DNA of 20,000 bases from an uncultured virus (IMG/VR IMGVR_UViG_3300032233_002459) (lineage: Duplodnaviria; Heunggongvirae; Uroviricota; Caudoviricetes). The stretch's first letter is position 1. Every line of letters starts with the position of its first letter. This document shows positions 1 through 7,946 of this stretch, piece by piece. The stretch is taken from IMG/VR virus record IMGVR_UViG_3300032233_002459; one strand, given 5' to 3'. Under the pieces are notes generated by a model. It made no database searches. It was given only the letters and a program-made list of their open reading frames with translations, and was not told where the DNA came from. The translations under genes and the position numbers were made by a program.

Positions 1-576
1 AACATCGTACTTGTCTAAAATCTTTTGAGAATAACCTCTTTTTAAATAGTAGTTTGCTGGAATATCTAATGCTTTTCTTACCATTTGTCTTGTTGGTAAT
101 TTATCTAAACTATCAGGTATATGAGATATGCTTTGTATATTTTTAATAAAAGCCTTTTTCTCCATATTGGTATAATTAACTTTAATATCTTTTATATCTT
201 TATTTAAGATTTTAAGGGCCATTTGCATAGTATTATCAAAGCTATACATTTCATCACCATCTTTGATCCAATTATTAGTTCTAACTGATAATATACCTCT
301 TAAAAAACCAATAATAGATGGCTGAAAAATCCTTTCACAATGATGTGTTCGACAAACCCAATTGCCACGATATGAATCCCCCACATAATATAGATTAAGT
401 GCCGACTCATTATCTCCGCCGTGTATTGGACAAGCCATGGTGATCATTTTATTATTGTGTTTGCAATTAAGATCAAAGGTCTCGCACAATAAGTCTATAT
501 TATCACACAGCTCATCGCATACGGCCTTTATTTTAGCCTGACTAAACGAACGAGATTTCTTTGTCGTGTTGTTCAT
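1..576 (-). CDS. dnaG: DNA primase (DnaG-type), N-terminal part; runs off the left edge
   Basis: Not in the ORF track. Manual translation from ATG at 576 stays open to base 1: MNNTTKKSRSF...MACPIHGGDNESALNLY...GNWVCRTHHC...ANYYLKRGYSQKILDKYDV. It has a CPxH...C...C zinc-binding domain and the YLxxRG motif that opens the primase core, and it overlaps the 3' end of dnaB. Confidence 0.88.
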   Translation of the reverse strand, partial: MNNTTKKSRSFSQAKIKAVCDELCDNIDLLCETFDLNCKHNNKMITMACPIHGGDNESALNLYYVGDSYRGNWVCRTHHCERIFQPSIIGFLRGILSVRTNNWIKDGDEMYSFDNTMQMALKILNKDIKDIKVNYTNMEKKAFIKNIQSISHIPDSLDKLPTRQMVRKALDIPANYYLKRGYSQKILDKYDV

Positions 577-2023
577 TATCTTCATCTGTGGTTATTTGAA
601 ACGTATTTTTATTTTTACCAGAGCCATTATTTAGCTCTAATTTTGTTTGGCCCTCAGTAATTTTAGCACACCAGCCCTTCATATGACAATTAATATAATC
701 ATTATCATCTAAGCCTCCACCGTGTCTACTTACTAGTGGTATTAATTTTCTATTGCCTGCTGATGGGCCATCCTCTGCTATTTCTTCGTCAGACTTACGT
801 TTAAAAATTGAGAAATTACTACACAGCCATATAATTCTATCTGAACCAGAAGCTGTGTCAGTACTTTCTTTGGTGATGCCGTCACGATTTAATTGCACAA
901 ATGCTACTACTGGAATTTTATATTTTGTAGCAAAATTATGTAGAGATGTCATCATGAATCCTAAAACTTGGTATTCTTTTAGATCCTGAGACATACCAGC
1001 AGAATCCATGAGTTTAAGATAATCATAAAATATAACACAATCTTTTGCGCTTCCATCATCATTTAAACCAACCTCTTTTATAATCCATCTACGCATAATA
1101 GCTAGTTGTTCATCGAATGGTTTACCAGCTATAGATTTATAATAAAGTTTTATATCTTTTAATTTGGATTTGGCATCATAAATTTTACTTTTTAGATCAG
1201 AGGAGTCTCTAAATTTACCAGTTTCTATTGTGTTTAAGTCTATATCTGTCATCATACCAATAATACGATTAATATGATCGTCCGTTGTCATTTCTGTATC
1301 CATATTTAAAACTGGTATTTTATTATTGGCCAAGTAAAATCCCATGTTGTCTGCTAAAAGGGTTTTTCCGGTCTTAGGTCTTGCGGCAATAACATTAACA
1401 GTGCTTTTCCTTAAGCCCCCTCCTATAGCCTTATCATATATGGGAAATCCTGTGGATAAGCCTACTTGATCAACCGGATTATCTTCTAGATTTTGAATAT
1501 ATTCATCTATATTTTTACCAATAGCTTCAGGCTCGGTCTTATTATCACCAAGCAGCATACCTAAATCAAAAACCTTACTCTCCGCTATATTTAGAATATC
1601 GGAAATAGATTCTGATCCCGTAACCTCATGAAGCTCTTTTTGTGCAGAGCCTAGTTGATCACTAATATTTCTAGCTATTTCTAGCTTCTTTATTTTACTT
1701 GCAAATTTTCTTATGTTTGTTTGGTCTACTGGAAAATCTAAGATAGCTTTTATATGCATTGCCTCATCTTTTGATGATAATGCTTCTTTATATCCTAATT
1801 CCTGTGCTACGCTATATATGTATGCTAAATCTATAGTAGCATTATTATCGTTTGAATATATATGCTGTATACAATTATAGATTAAAGCATTACTGTCTAT
1901 AGTAAATACTGCGCTAGATATTAGATCGCTTACGTCTAAATAAGCATTTTCACCGTATTTACACAGTCCAGATAGAACTGCTCGCTCGGCAGATGGGTCA
2001 GCCAAATAGTCTTTATTTGCCAT
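542..2023 (-). CDS. dnaB: Replicative DNA helicase, DnaB family (SF4)
   Basis: N-terminal AERAVL motif, GLSTGFPIYD, Walker A AARPKTGKT, catalytic TEM, Walker B IFYDYL, QLNR and SRHG arginine-finger motifs; adjacent to primase. Confidence 0.95.
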   Translation of the reverse strand: MANKDYLADPSAERAVLSGLCKYGENAYLDVSDLISSAVFTIDSNALIYNCIQHIYSNDNNATIDLAYIYSVAQELGYKEALSSKDEAMHIKAILDFPVDQTNIRKFASKIKKLEIARNISDQLGSAQKELHEVTGSESISDILNIAESKVFDLGMLLGDNKTEPEAIGKNIDEYIQNLEDNPVDQVGLSTGFPIYDKAIGGGLRKSTVNVIAARPKTGKTLLADNMGFYLANNKIPVLNMDTEMTTDDHINRIIGMMTDIDLNTIETGKFRDSSDLKSKIYDAKSKLKDIKLYYKSIAGKPFDEQLAIMRRWIIKEVGLNDDGSAKDCVIFYDYLKLMDSAGMSQDLKEYQVLGFMMTSLHNFATKYKIPVVAFVQLNRDGITKESTDTASGSDRIIWLCSNFSIFKRKSDEEIAEDGPSAGNRKLIPLVSRHGGGLDDNDYINCHMKGWCAKITEGQTKLELNNGSGKNKNTFQITTDEDNEQHDKEISFV

Positions 2024-2055
2024 ATATTATATTAATTATAAGAATAGTTAGTTTT

Positions 2056-2457
2056 TTAACCAGGAGTTGTCGAACACTTATTGCACTTAAATCTTTCTAT
2101 ACCACCATACAGTAGAGACGATTGGATCTTCTCTTCTCTACCACATACCCTACACTTAGCCTTCATGGTTTGATTTTTTCTATTTCTGGCGATTGGCGGT
2201 TGTTTATATAGTTTTTGTGCTAATTCAGGATCTTCTTTATGCATCCTGGCTTCTGGCATAGAAATAAATTTATTTTCTCTTTGTATTTTAGTTTTTGTTT
2301 TTTTTATTTTGCTTACTGATCGTGTTGTTTTGGTTTCTGGCACTTTGTTATCGTCGGCTTGTTGGGCCGCGTCAAGCAAGCTAGACAGTACTCCGATAAT
2401 TTGTTTGATTTGGTCCGGATTTTTTAGTAATTCATTAAGATCAAAATTAGTTGACAT
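2056..2457 (-). CDS. Hypothetical protein with C-terminal zinc finger
   Basis: CRVC-x19-CNKC at the C-terminus and a basic linker; overlaps the upstream stop, suggesting translational coupling. Confidence 0.7.
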   Translation of the reverse strand: MSTNFDLNELLKNPDQIKQIIGVLSSLLDAAQQADDNKVPETKTTRSVSKIKKTKTKIQRENKFISMPEARMHKEDPELAQKLYKQPPIARNRKNQTMKAKCRVCGREEKIQSSLLYGGIERFKCNKCSTTPG

Positions 2458-2929
2458 TTCTCACCTTTGTTTTCTGAATAGATAACATAATATCCGATAA
2501 ATGTTTTATACTATTAGCTAAATATTGAAGTCTATCACTTCTTTGTTTAGCGTATTTTTTTATTTTATTTAATGCTGTAGCTTTTTCATTATTTTTTATG
2601 GCTTGTGAAGACTTTTCGATATAACCATACCCTTTATAATTATTAATTTCTTCGGCAATAGTTTCTTTAATCGTTTCTTCGGCCCAATTAACTCTCGATA
2701 GCTCCCTATTAAGAGATCTTTGCATATGAAAAGCAAACTGACCTAATCTATAAGCTATTTCTCCGCATACTTCTGGTGTTGTTTTTTCTAGTTCGTCTCG
2801 ACTCATTTGAAAATATCCGTTCAATTCTGTTTCAGAGAAAATATCGGATTTGTATACTCCTAATCCAAGTCCTTGTTCGTACTCGTCAAGAACACGGTCC
2901 CACTCATTTACTTGTTCTTTAGTGTTCAT
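2447..2929 (-). CDS. Helical/coiled-coil hypothetical protein (possible UvsY-like recombination mediator)
   Basis: 160 aa, appears all-helical, lies two genes downstream of the RecA-like gene. The function is inferred from context only. Confidence 0.55.
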   Translation of the reverse strand: MNTKEQVNEWDRVLDEYEQGLGLGVYKSDIFSETELNGYFQMSRDELEKTTPEVCGEIAYRLGQFAFHMQRSLNRELSRVNWAEETIKETIAEEINNYKGYGYIEKSSQAIKNNEKATALNKIKKYAKQRSDRLQYLANSIKHLSDIMLSIQKTKVRNVN

Positions 2930-3326
2930 TTTTAATCCTTATTTCCCATTGACTTATTTGATCAAATGGCAGTTCTATATGCTCAATACCATTTAGTTCA
3001 CACCACTCTTTTTTTTCTTGATCTCTCTTTTTATGTTTTATAAAACCGAGTGGAGTATTATGAAAAAATTTACTGAATTTATAATGTTGCTCTCCATGAA
3101 CCTCTATACATTTTTTAATAAGGGGTAAATAAAAGTCTAAATAAAGAGTTTCTGATCTTCTTATATTGACGGGAACTTCTTCCAATACTTGTAATGTAGG
3201 AAAACAAACATGGATTAAATCCCTGGCCTGTAAATGTAGGCTAGATTTATTTTGAATAGACCCATGTGATATATTACCGATTAATTGCCAATTATAAGAA
3301 TTACCATCCAGATCTTTTACTTGCAT
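2919..3326 (-). CDS. Vsr/DUF559-like PD-(D/E)XK endonuclease
   Basis: LYLDFYLP..K.CIEVHGEQHY...FF...RDQEKKEWC..NGI.HIEL matches the DF...IE.xG..H...RD..K...C pattern of this family. Confidence 0.82.
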   Translation of the reverse strand: MQVKDLDGNSYNWQLIGNISHGSIQNKSSLHLQARDLIHVCFPTLQVLEEVPVNIRRSETLYLDFYLPLIKKCIEVHGEQHYKFSKFFHNTPLGFIKHKKRDQEKKEWCELNGIEHIELPFDQISQWEIRIKNEH

Positions 3327-4336
3327 TTGATGCCCATCATGTCCTTAACTTTTATCCATAAATCGTCATAAACTTCTGGATGATCAACTAAATACTGTCT
3401 TGTTTTCTCAAGACCCTGGAATTTTGGCTTGTCCTCCACAGATGACATAGTATACCATGCACCCCCCTTAGATACAAGACCCAAATCTACAGCCAGTGTC
3501 AATAGTTCCATCTGTTTATCAATACCTTGTCCATATCTAATATAGCTTGTAATTTTACCACCAGGAGCACCTAGAGCAGAACACATTACTTGCCAATGTA
3601 CTTCTTGGCCAATCTGTGGACTGTCTGTACTTAAATTCCAAGGACTAAAATAGTTGGCTTTAATTTTAATATCTGTTTGATAAGCAATAGCCTGACCACT
3701 CTTTTCTTTCCACTCACTATGACCCATCCCTGGATTACCCATTTGATGAGTAATACCTATAACCACATTTCTATTAACAGGAATAACATTAGACACTTTC
3801 CTGCAAAACTTAGCCAATAGCTTGGCTCCGTCTGCTCTTTGCATCTTATCCATATCGCTAGTAATTTCAGCTTCTGTGCATAGAGCAGAGTAGGAGTCTA
3901 TGATAACTACTGATCCAGGAATTTCATTAATAATTCTTTCTCCAATTTGGAGATATTCTTCTGCATGTAAGATTTTACCTTCTTGAGATCCAATAATATT
4001 GAATTTTTCTAGATTTAATCCTGGTATTCCTTCTAGATCTCTTTTTTTCAATCTACCTTCAATATTTAGGTAGTACACTTCTCTGCCATCCTTAAACGAG
4101 CCGTGGGCATATTCTTTCTTTTGTGCAGTAGCGCAGAAGTCTAAGGATGTTGTGGTTTTCCCGCATTTGGGTTGACCGGTAAAAATAACAAAACTTCCTT
4201 CTGGTATACCACCATTTAGAACAATATCTAATGCTGGACTAACAGGGATTGTTATCAATGACTTGTCAATAACAGCGTTTGCTGTTAACATAACATTATC
4301 ACCAAAATTTTTCTTAACATCTTCTTTAAGTGTCAT
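3317..4336 (-). CDS. recA: RecA/UvsX-like recombinase
   Basis: LDIVLNGGIPEG, Walker A GQPKCGKTT, catalytic NIE, Walker B IIDSYSAL, and a RecA C-terminal domain (YGQGID...GLVSKGGAWY...KFQG). Start moved to ATG 4336, which overlaps the upstream gene end; the track's 4342 start is TTG. Confidence 0.93.
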   Translation of the reverse strand: MTLKEDVKKNFGDNVMLTANAVIDKSLITIPVSPALDIVLNGGIPEGSFVIFTGQPKCGKTTTSLDFCATAQKKEYAHGSFKDGREVYYLNIEGRLKKRDLEGIPGLNLEKFNIIGSQEGKILHAEEYLQIGERIINEIPGSVVIIDSYSALCTEAEITSDMDKMQRADGAKLLAKFCRKVSNVIPVNRNVVIGITHQMGNPGMGHSEWKEKSGQAIAYQTDIKIKANYFSPWNLSTDSPQIGQEVHWQVMCSALGAPGGKITSYIRYGQGIDKQMELLTLAVDLGLVSKGGAWYTMSSVEDKPKFQGLEKTRQYLVDHPEVYDDLWIKVKDMMGIKCK

Positions 4337-4760
4337 TATCAATCTCTCTTAATTTAGAAATAATATTTTGCGATTTATTGTTTTGACGAAATTTAATATT
4401 TTTAACCTGTCGGCTATCTTCATAATTTTTAGAAATATGAGACTGACTATCAATCAAAGCCTGTTCTTGCTCTATGATAGGTATCAGATGTGGCGCTCGC
4501 AACGAATAAATATTACGAGCCTTTGTATTCTTTAGGGCTTTAGCAATTGCATTAGCGGTATATGTTTTTAATAACTTATGTGCAGACGCAATCTGGCTCT
4601 TATAAAATTGTGCCCATTCCTTATTGGTCCAAAATTTATAATGAAGATCTTTCTTTTCTCTTATAGCTTTGTTTTCACAAATAATTTCTGTGATAAACTG
4701 AGCAGCAGAGACCATCTTCCCATTAGAATATTTGGATGGATATGAATTTAATTCAGTCAT
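4326..4760 (-). CDS. Hypothetical protein
   Basis: ORF 4326..4826 in the track; the likely start is ATG 4760 in an ATGACTGA overlap with the upstream stop (MTELNSYPSKYSNGK...). Confidence 0.7.
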   Translation of the reverse strand: MTELNSYPSKYSNGKMVSAAQFITEIICENKAIREKKDLHYKFWTNKEWAQFYKSQIASAHKLLKTYTANAIAKALKNTKARNIYSLRAPHLIPIIEQEQALIDSQSHISKNYEDSRQVKNIKFRQNNKSQNIISKLREIDNDT

Positions 4761-5091
4761 TTGGCTTAAAAATATATCCTTGACTATCACCCGACTTGCC
4801 ACGAAACTTCTTTTTGAGTTCATCATTAAGAGCAGATGCTTCTGGGGTCATTATGGCAACGCTTTTGTTTTTCTTTTCTGATGTTTGTGTAATCATTAAA
4901 GACTTAGACTTACTATTCTTTTTTGTGGAAGCCGATTCTGCTTTAACAGATTGCTTAGGTTCAGAATTAACTCGTATTGCGGCTTCGACCTTTTCTATAC
5001 CAATACCCAACTCATCCGCTATATCTCCTTGTTTATGATTTTGAGAATGAAGCCATAGTATCGCATATTCTTGCATTTTATTTTTTTTCAT
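4753..5091 (-). CDS. Small protein with N-terminal helix-turn-helix
   Basis: AILWLHSQNHKQGDIADELGIGIEKVEAAI fits an HTH pattern (IA.ELG.....V); ATGA overlap with the upstream gene. Confidence 0.65.
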   Translation of the reverse strand: MKKNKMQEYAILWLHSQNHKQGDIADELGIGIEKVEAAIRVNSEPKQSVKAESASTKKNSKSKSLMITQTSEKKNKSVAIMTPEASALNDELKKKFRGKSGDSQGYIFKPND

Positions 5092-5429
5092 ATTAGCGCC
5101 TCTCTTTGTACATTATATAGTAACGATAGGTTTTGTGAATTAAGAAATTTTATATACATATCAAAAATCTTTTGTGATACTTTAATAAATTTAAGCTCCT
5201 TATTATCGAATAAGCTTTTTGTTTTTTTATAGCCATAAATATCAAATGGATTAACTATCGTATTATTTTGTGATAAAATATAATACTTGATTCCACTATG
5301 ACTATAAACTTTTTTAGCATAAGTTTCTTTGGATTCTTGCAATGTTATTGCATTATTATCTTCATCTAATAAATGCTTAGATAAATAATTTGTATAAAAA
5401 ATACTATATGGTAATTTTATGTCGGCCAT
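5088..5429 (-). CDS. Hypothetical protein, paralog of 5765..6178
   Basis: 113 aa ORF sharing YAK..YY..NP..IFD.Y..FL..QNL.LL with the 137 aa protein. Confidence 0.75.
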   Translation of the reverse strand: MADIKLPYSIFYTNYLSKHLLDEDNNAITLQESKETYAKKVYSHSGIKYYILSQNNTIVNPFDIYGYKKTKSLFDNKELKFIKVSQKIFDMYIKFLNSQNLSLLYNVQREALI

Positions 5430-5764
5430 TTGGGTTTATTTGGTTTTTTGATCCTAGACATTCCACTTGGAAGTGGCTTATCAGATACAGTTTCCTTATA
5501 GTCGTTATGCTTTTTACTCAATTCTTGTTTTTGATCATCAGTCATTCTGTCTCTATTTCTATTAGCCAAATCCCCGATAGTTTTAAGTTCATTATCGCTC
5601 TTTTTTATAGATGTGGCTAGAGATGAAATGTCTGTAGTATAGCTTCTTGAGCATTGTCTCTTACACTCAGGACACTTTTGTTTAATATCTTTATATGTTC
5701 CAATAGTAAAAAATAATTCAAAAATATTTGAGCATTTTTCACAATAATATGAGTAGGTTGGCAA
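5417..5764 (-). CDS. FmdB-family zinc-ribbon protein (putative regulator)
   Basis: MPTYSYYCEKC..IFE...CPEC matches the MPxYxYxCxxC...CPxC signature; TTG start directly follows the upstream TAA. Confidence 0.85.
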   Translation of the reverse strand: MPTYSYYCEKCSNIFELFFTIGTYKDIKQKCPECKRQCSRSYTTDISSLATSIKKSDNELKTIGDLANRNRDRMTDDQKQELSKKHNDYKETVSDKPLPSGMSRIKKPNKPKWPT

Positions 5765-6178
5765 TTATTTTAAACTCCTGTTAGCCTTTTGTAAAAGTCT
5801 AAGATTTTGTGTTCTTAGAAAATCAACATAAGTATCAAATATTGATTTATCAACTTCTTTAAAAGACCATTCAGATTTACATACCTTATCTATAAAATTA
5901 GACTTATTTTTAATTGTAGAATGAATCTTTATTGGATTGTATAATTCATTTTTAGGATTAGCTATAACATAGTAGCTATAATATGTTTTTTTATCAGAAA
6001 TATGCTTTGTTTTTTTGTTGAGAATAGCTTTAGCATATACCTGATCGGATAGTTCTGATTTACATGGATTATTATCTGTATCTAGAAAATCATGATTATC
6101 TATTAAGGTATAATATTTATCACTAAAGGAATTTTCATTGGAATGAGATATATCAAAATCTTTAATATTAACTTTCAT
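5765..6178 (-). CDS. Hypothetical protein, paralog of 5088..5429
   Basis: 137 aa ORF with an ATGA overlap with the HNH stop; shares motifs with the 113 aa protein. Confidence 0.75.
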   Translation of the reverse strand: MKVNIKDFDISHSNENSFSDKYYTLIDNHDFLDTDNNPCKSELSDQVYAKAILNKKTKHISDKKTYYSYYVIANPKNELYNPIKIHSTIKNKSNFIDKVCKSEWSFKEVDKSIFDTYVDFLRTQNLRLLQKANRSLK

Positions 6179-6765
6179 TGAGGTAGGTAGTCCTTGTGCA
6201 AAAAGTCTTTCCAGGCCAAGTTATATTCTATATTAGACAATACGTTGAACCATGGCAAGTACTTGTGATTATATTGGGGTATCTGTGGGATATTAAGCAA
6301 AGTCATACCGGCTTCTTCTGGTGTTTTATTACCCTTTTTGCGATTACACCTACAACATGCAGTAACTATATTTTTCCAACATGTGGAAGATCCAGAATGG
6401 TTCCATTTAGATTTTGGTATAACGTGATCATAGGTTAATTTACTATAATGATATTTAATCCCACAATATTGACAAGTAAAATTATCTCTAATAAATATAT
6501 TTTTTCTAGAAAAATTAATATTTCTTTTATATACATCAAAATAATGACTCGTTTTAGCTACTGCTGGTATAGGATGCATTCTACCACCAGAACACTTAAT
6601 GAAGTCACTATTATAGTGAGCTAAAATTTCAATAGAGTACTCCGTATTAGTCTCATATCTTAATGACCATACTATAGCTCTTTGCCATGATATAATACGG
6701 AGTGGAGAAAAATCAGCATTAAGCAGAAGACATCTATGATTATTATATTTAGTTGTGTCTCTCAT
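6175..6765 (-). CDS. HNH endonuclease (McrA-like)
   Basis: LLLNADFSPL..ISWQRAI N-domain; FSRKNIFIRDNFTCQYCG...LTYDHVIPKS...WKNIVTACCRCNRKKGNKTPEEAGM. Confidence 0.92.
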   Translation of the reverse strand: MRDTTKYNNHRCLLLNADFSPLRIISWQRAIVWSLRYETNTEYSIEILAHYNSDFIKCSGGRMHPIPAVAKTSHYFDVYKRNINFSRKNIFIRDNFTCQYCGIKYHYSKLTYDHVIPKSKWNHSGSSTCWKNIVTACCRCNRKKGNKTPEEAGMTLLNIPQIPQYNHKYLPWFNVLSNIEYNLAWKDFLHKDYLPQ

Positions 6766-7474
6766 AAGATTCTAATCTAGAAATAATTGATGCTATAATC
6801 GGATTTCTGACTATATCAACAGATTCTAGAACAGAAAATCCTATATTCTCAATGCCATTAAGATACTCTATCATTTGTAAAAAACCACCACGAAGATGTT
6901 TAGCTAGATCTGATTGTCCTATATCTCCAGTTAAAATCATCTTACTATCTCTACCTAATCTAGTTAATAACATTTTAAGCTGATCATAAGAAGCATTTTG
7001 ACATTCATCAGCTACTATAAAACTTTCATGAAAATTTCTGCCTCTCATTAATCCCAATGGAACAACTTCTATCTTATTATGTAATTTTAAACTAGCATAT
7101 AATCCCGAGGATATAAAATGATTAATCTCGTCTAGGATTGGCAAAAGATATGGATGTAACTTTTCTTCTGCCGTTCCCGGTAAATATCCTATTTTTTCTC
7201 CTGCTTCTAGTACTGGTCTAGTGATAATAATTTTTTTAACTTTTTCCTCTAATAAATATTCTAAAGCCATACCGATAGCTATATGTGTTTTACCACTTCC
7301 TGCTAAACCCTGACAAAATGTAATAGCATTTTCTGCGGCTGTTCTGATGTATTCTCTTTGATTCTCTGTTCTTGGTCTTAATTTATTTCTATATGTTTGA
7401 GGACTTGGATTAATTTCATTTGTAGCATCAATAGTCTTATTTTTTTTTCTAGAATTTTTATTATTTTTTCTCAA
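6749..7474 (-). CDS. phoH: PhoH family ATPase
   Basis: PRTENQ, GLAGSGKT, ITRPVLEAGEKIGYLPG, MRGRNF, DECQN, LTRLG, TGDIGQSDL and DIVRNP motifs; TTG start with AAAGGG upstream. Confidence 0.96.
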   Translation of the reverse strand: MRKNNKNSRKKNKTIDATNEINPSPQTYRNKLRPRTENQREYIRTAAENAITFCQGLAGSGKTHIAIGMALEYLLEEKVKKIIITRPVLEAGEKIGYLPGTAEEKLHPYLLPILDEINHFISSGLYASLKLHNKIEVVPLGLMRGRNFHESFIVADECQNASYDQLKMLLTRLGRDSKMILTGDIGQSDLAKHLRGGFLQMIEYLNGIENIGFSVLESVDIVRNPIIASIISRLESYERHN

Positions 7475-7523
7475 TTGTTGCCCTTTATTATAGAATAATA
7501 TATATTAAATGCCAATTATGTTA

Positions 7524-7536
7524 TTAATATACACCA
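7524..7536 (-). promoter_or_regulatory. TGGTGTA motif copy (TGGTGTATATTAA) upstream of phoH
   Basis: Intergenic; begins 62 nt before the phoH start and recurs in other gaps. Confidence 0.6.
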
Positions 7537-7540
7537 TACA

Positions 7541-7906
7541 TTATAATACAAATGGTTTTAAATTGGGTGGTTGCCAATTATTTGGCTTTAAAACTTTTCC
7601 ATCTTCTCTTTTATTAACCTTACCAGTATTAGCGTCCACCTTAGCAAAATTAGTTTTCATAACTTCATTCCAAGCTCCCTGTCCATTTGCGCCCATACTA
7701 TTAATAGCGCCGACAGTGACTACTATAATATCTATAAGAGCATCTAAAATTTCTACACGATCATTATTATCGAATGCCTCTTGAAGCTCTTTTGTTTCTT
7801 CTTTAATCAATGTGTGATACATATTTAATTGATCTTGATTCCATTCGCATACAGTCTGATCACAAGCAACCATAAAATTAATTTGATCTAAAAATATATT
7901 TCCCAT
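7541..7906 (-). CDS. All-alpha NTP pyrophosphohydrolase (MazG/DR2231-like, probable dUTPase)
   Basis: LIKEETKELQEA...EILDALID (EExxE...ExxD metal motif), EVMKTNFAK and REDGKVLKP; AAGGA Shine-Dalgarno. Confidence 0.85.
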   Translation of the reverse strand: MGNIFLDQINFMVACDQTVCEWNQDQLNMYHTLIKEETKELQEAFDNNDRVEILDALIDIIVVTVGAINSMGANGQGAWNEVMKTNFAKVDANTGKVNKREDGKVLKPNNWQPPNLKPFVL

Positions 7907-7946
7907 TTAGTATTCCTTATTATTGTTTATTAAATAAAAATAATTA

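Noticed and set aside
6341..6351. AGGTGTAATCG, a near-match to the motif inside the HNH gene (also TGGTGTG near 11380 and TGGTGTT near 17415)
   Set aside because: Mismatched core, intragenic and explained by coding sequence.
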